This document shows, in pieces, positions 31,937 to 32,000 of a DNA stretch of 32,000 bases. The DNA is taken from assembly GCA_000503875.1 (NCBI GenBank), contig CP006913.1, positions 1,020,001-1,052,000 of the forward strand. The letters run 5' to 3'. A model generated the notes under the pieces. It made no database searches, was not told where the DNA came from, and saw only the letters and a list, made by a program, of their open reading frames with translations. The translations under genes were made by a program, and so were the position numbers. The stretch's first letter is position 1; every line of letters begins with the position of its first letter. The stretch comes from Candidatus Saccharimonadota bacterium. GTDB lineage: Bacteria > Patescibacteriota > Gracilibacteria > Absconditabacterales > Absconditicoccaceae.

Positions 31937-32000
31937 TTACAACAAATAATCATCTAAAACAGTTTGTTGAACCGCATACCATTCTGCAAAAGATTGGTTA
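31937..32000 (-). CDS. 3' end of an upstream gene (partial), product unknown
   Basis: Open frame entering from the window edge, ...NQSFAEWYAVQQTVLDDYLL, with TAA at 31937-31939, 3 nt before the grpE start. Too short to identify. Confidence 0.35.
   Translation of the reverse strand, partial: NQSFAEWYAVQQTVLDDYLL

Noticed and set aside
1-32000. The region could be a pseudogene graveyard, given the many short same-strand ORF fragments.
   Set aside because: All interruptions are TGA only. Fragments stay in one frame, and the TGAs coincide with conserved Gly positions. Decay would also produce TAA/TAG stops and frameshifts.
1-32000. Genetic code 4 (UGA=Trp, Mycoplasma/Spiroplasma type) as the explanation.
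   Set aside because: UGA occupies P-loop, GxxG, lipobox and LPXT-G glycines where Trp is not tolerated. TGG is separately used at Trp positions.
1-32000. CRISPR arrays, IS elements, integrases, toxin-antitoxin pairs or known defence-system genes.
   Set aside because: After code-25 retranslation I saw no regularly spaced direct repeats, inverted terminal repeats or recombinase/nuclease signatures. This is a by-eye scan, so small elements could have been missed.

Overview
About 30% G+C, tightly packed bacterial DNA. Under the standard code it looks like a field of broken ORFs. Every break is TGA, never TAA or TAG, and the TGAs sit on invariant glycines of recognisable families. The window is therefore written in genetic code 25 (UGA=Gly), known from Gracilibacteria/Absconditabacteria (SR1) in the CPR/Patescibacteria. 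I re-translated both strands by hand with TGA=Gly and obtained about 33 contiguous CDS plus one tRNA. Recognisable products: DUF2461 protein, TspO/MBR-like membrane protein, ComM/YifB, four-helix-bundle (23S-IVS-type) protein, a papain/C39-like lipoprotein, a deoxyhypusine-synthase-like protein, a DUF333+Kazal protein, a COG1855 PilT-family ATPase with KH domain, a divergent pyruvate kinase, a MOP/Wzx flippase, prepilin peptidase, an LPXTG-like (VPKTG) surface protein, a TPR protein, an ECF sigma factor module, GrpE and tRNA-Arg(UCG). The rest are orphan membrane or secreted proteins, plus one 1763-codon orphan giant protein (25047-30338). I found no rRNA, CRISPR array, transposase or integrase. 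Points worth a second look: the recoding itself; a UGA-free, GC-richer two-gene islet (6444-8686) that looks imported; the giant orphan ORF with its promoter and structured leader, divergent from the ECF module; a CDS that, lacking a usable stop, reads through a same-strand tRNA gene; and a pyruvate kinase with degenerate catalytic motifs. All translations, counts and family calls were made by eye and from memory. No database search was run.
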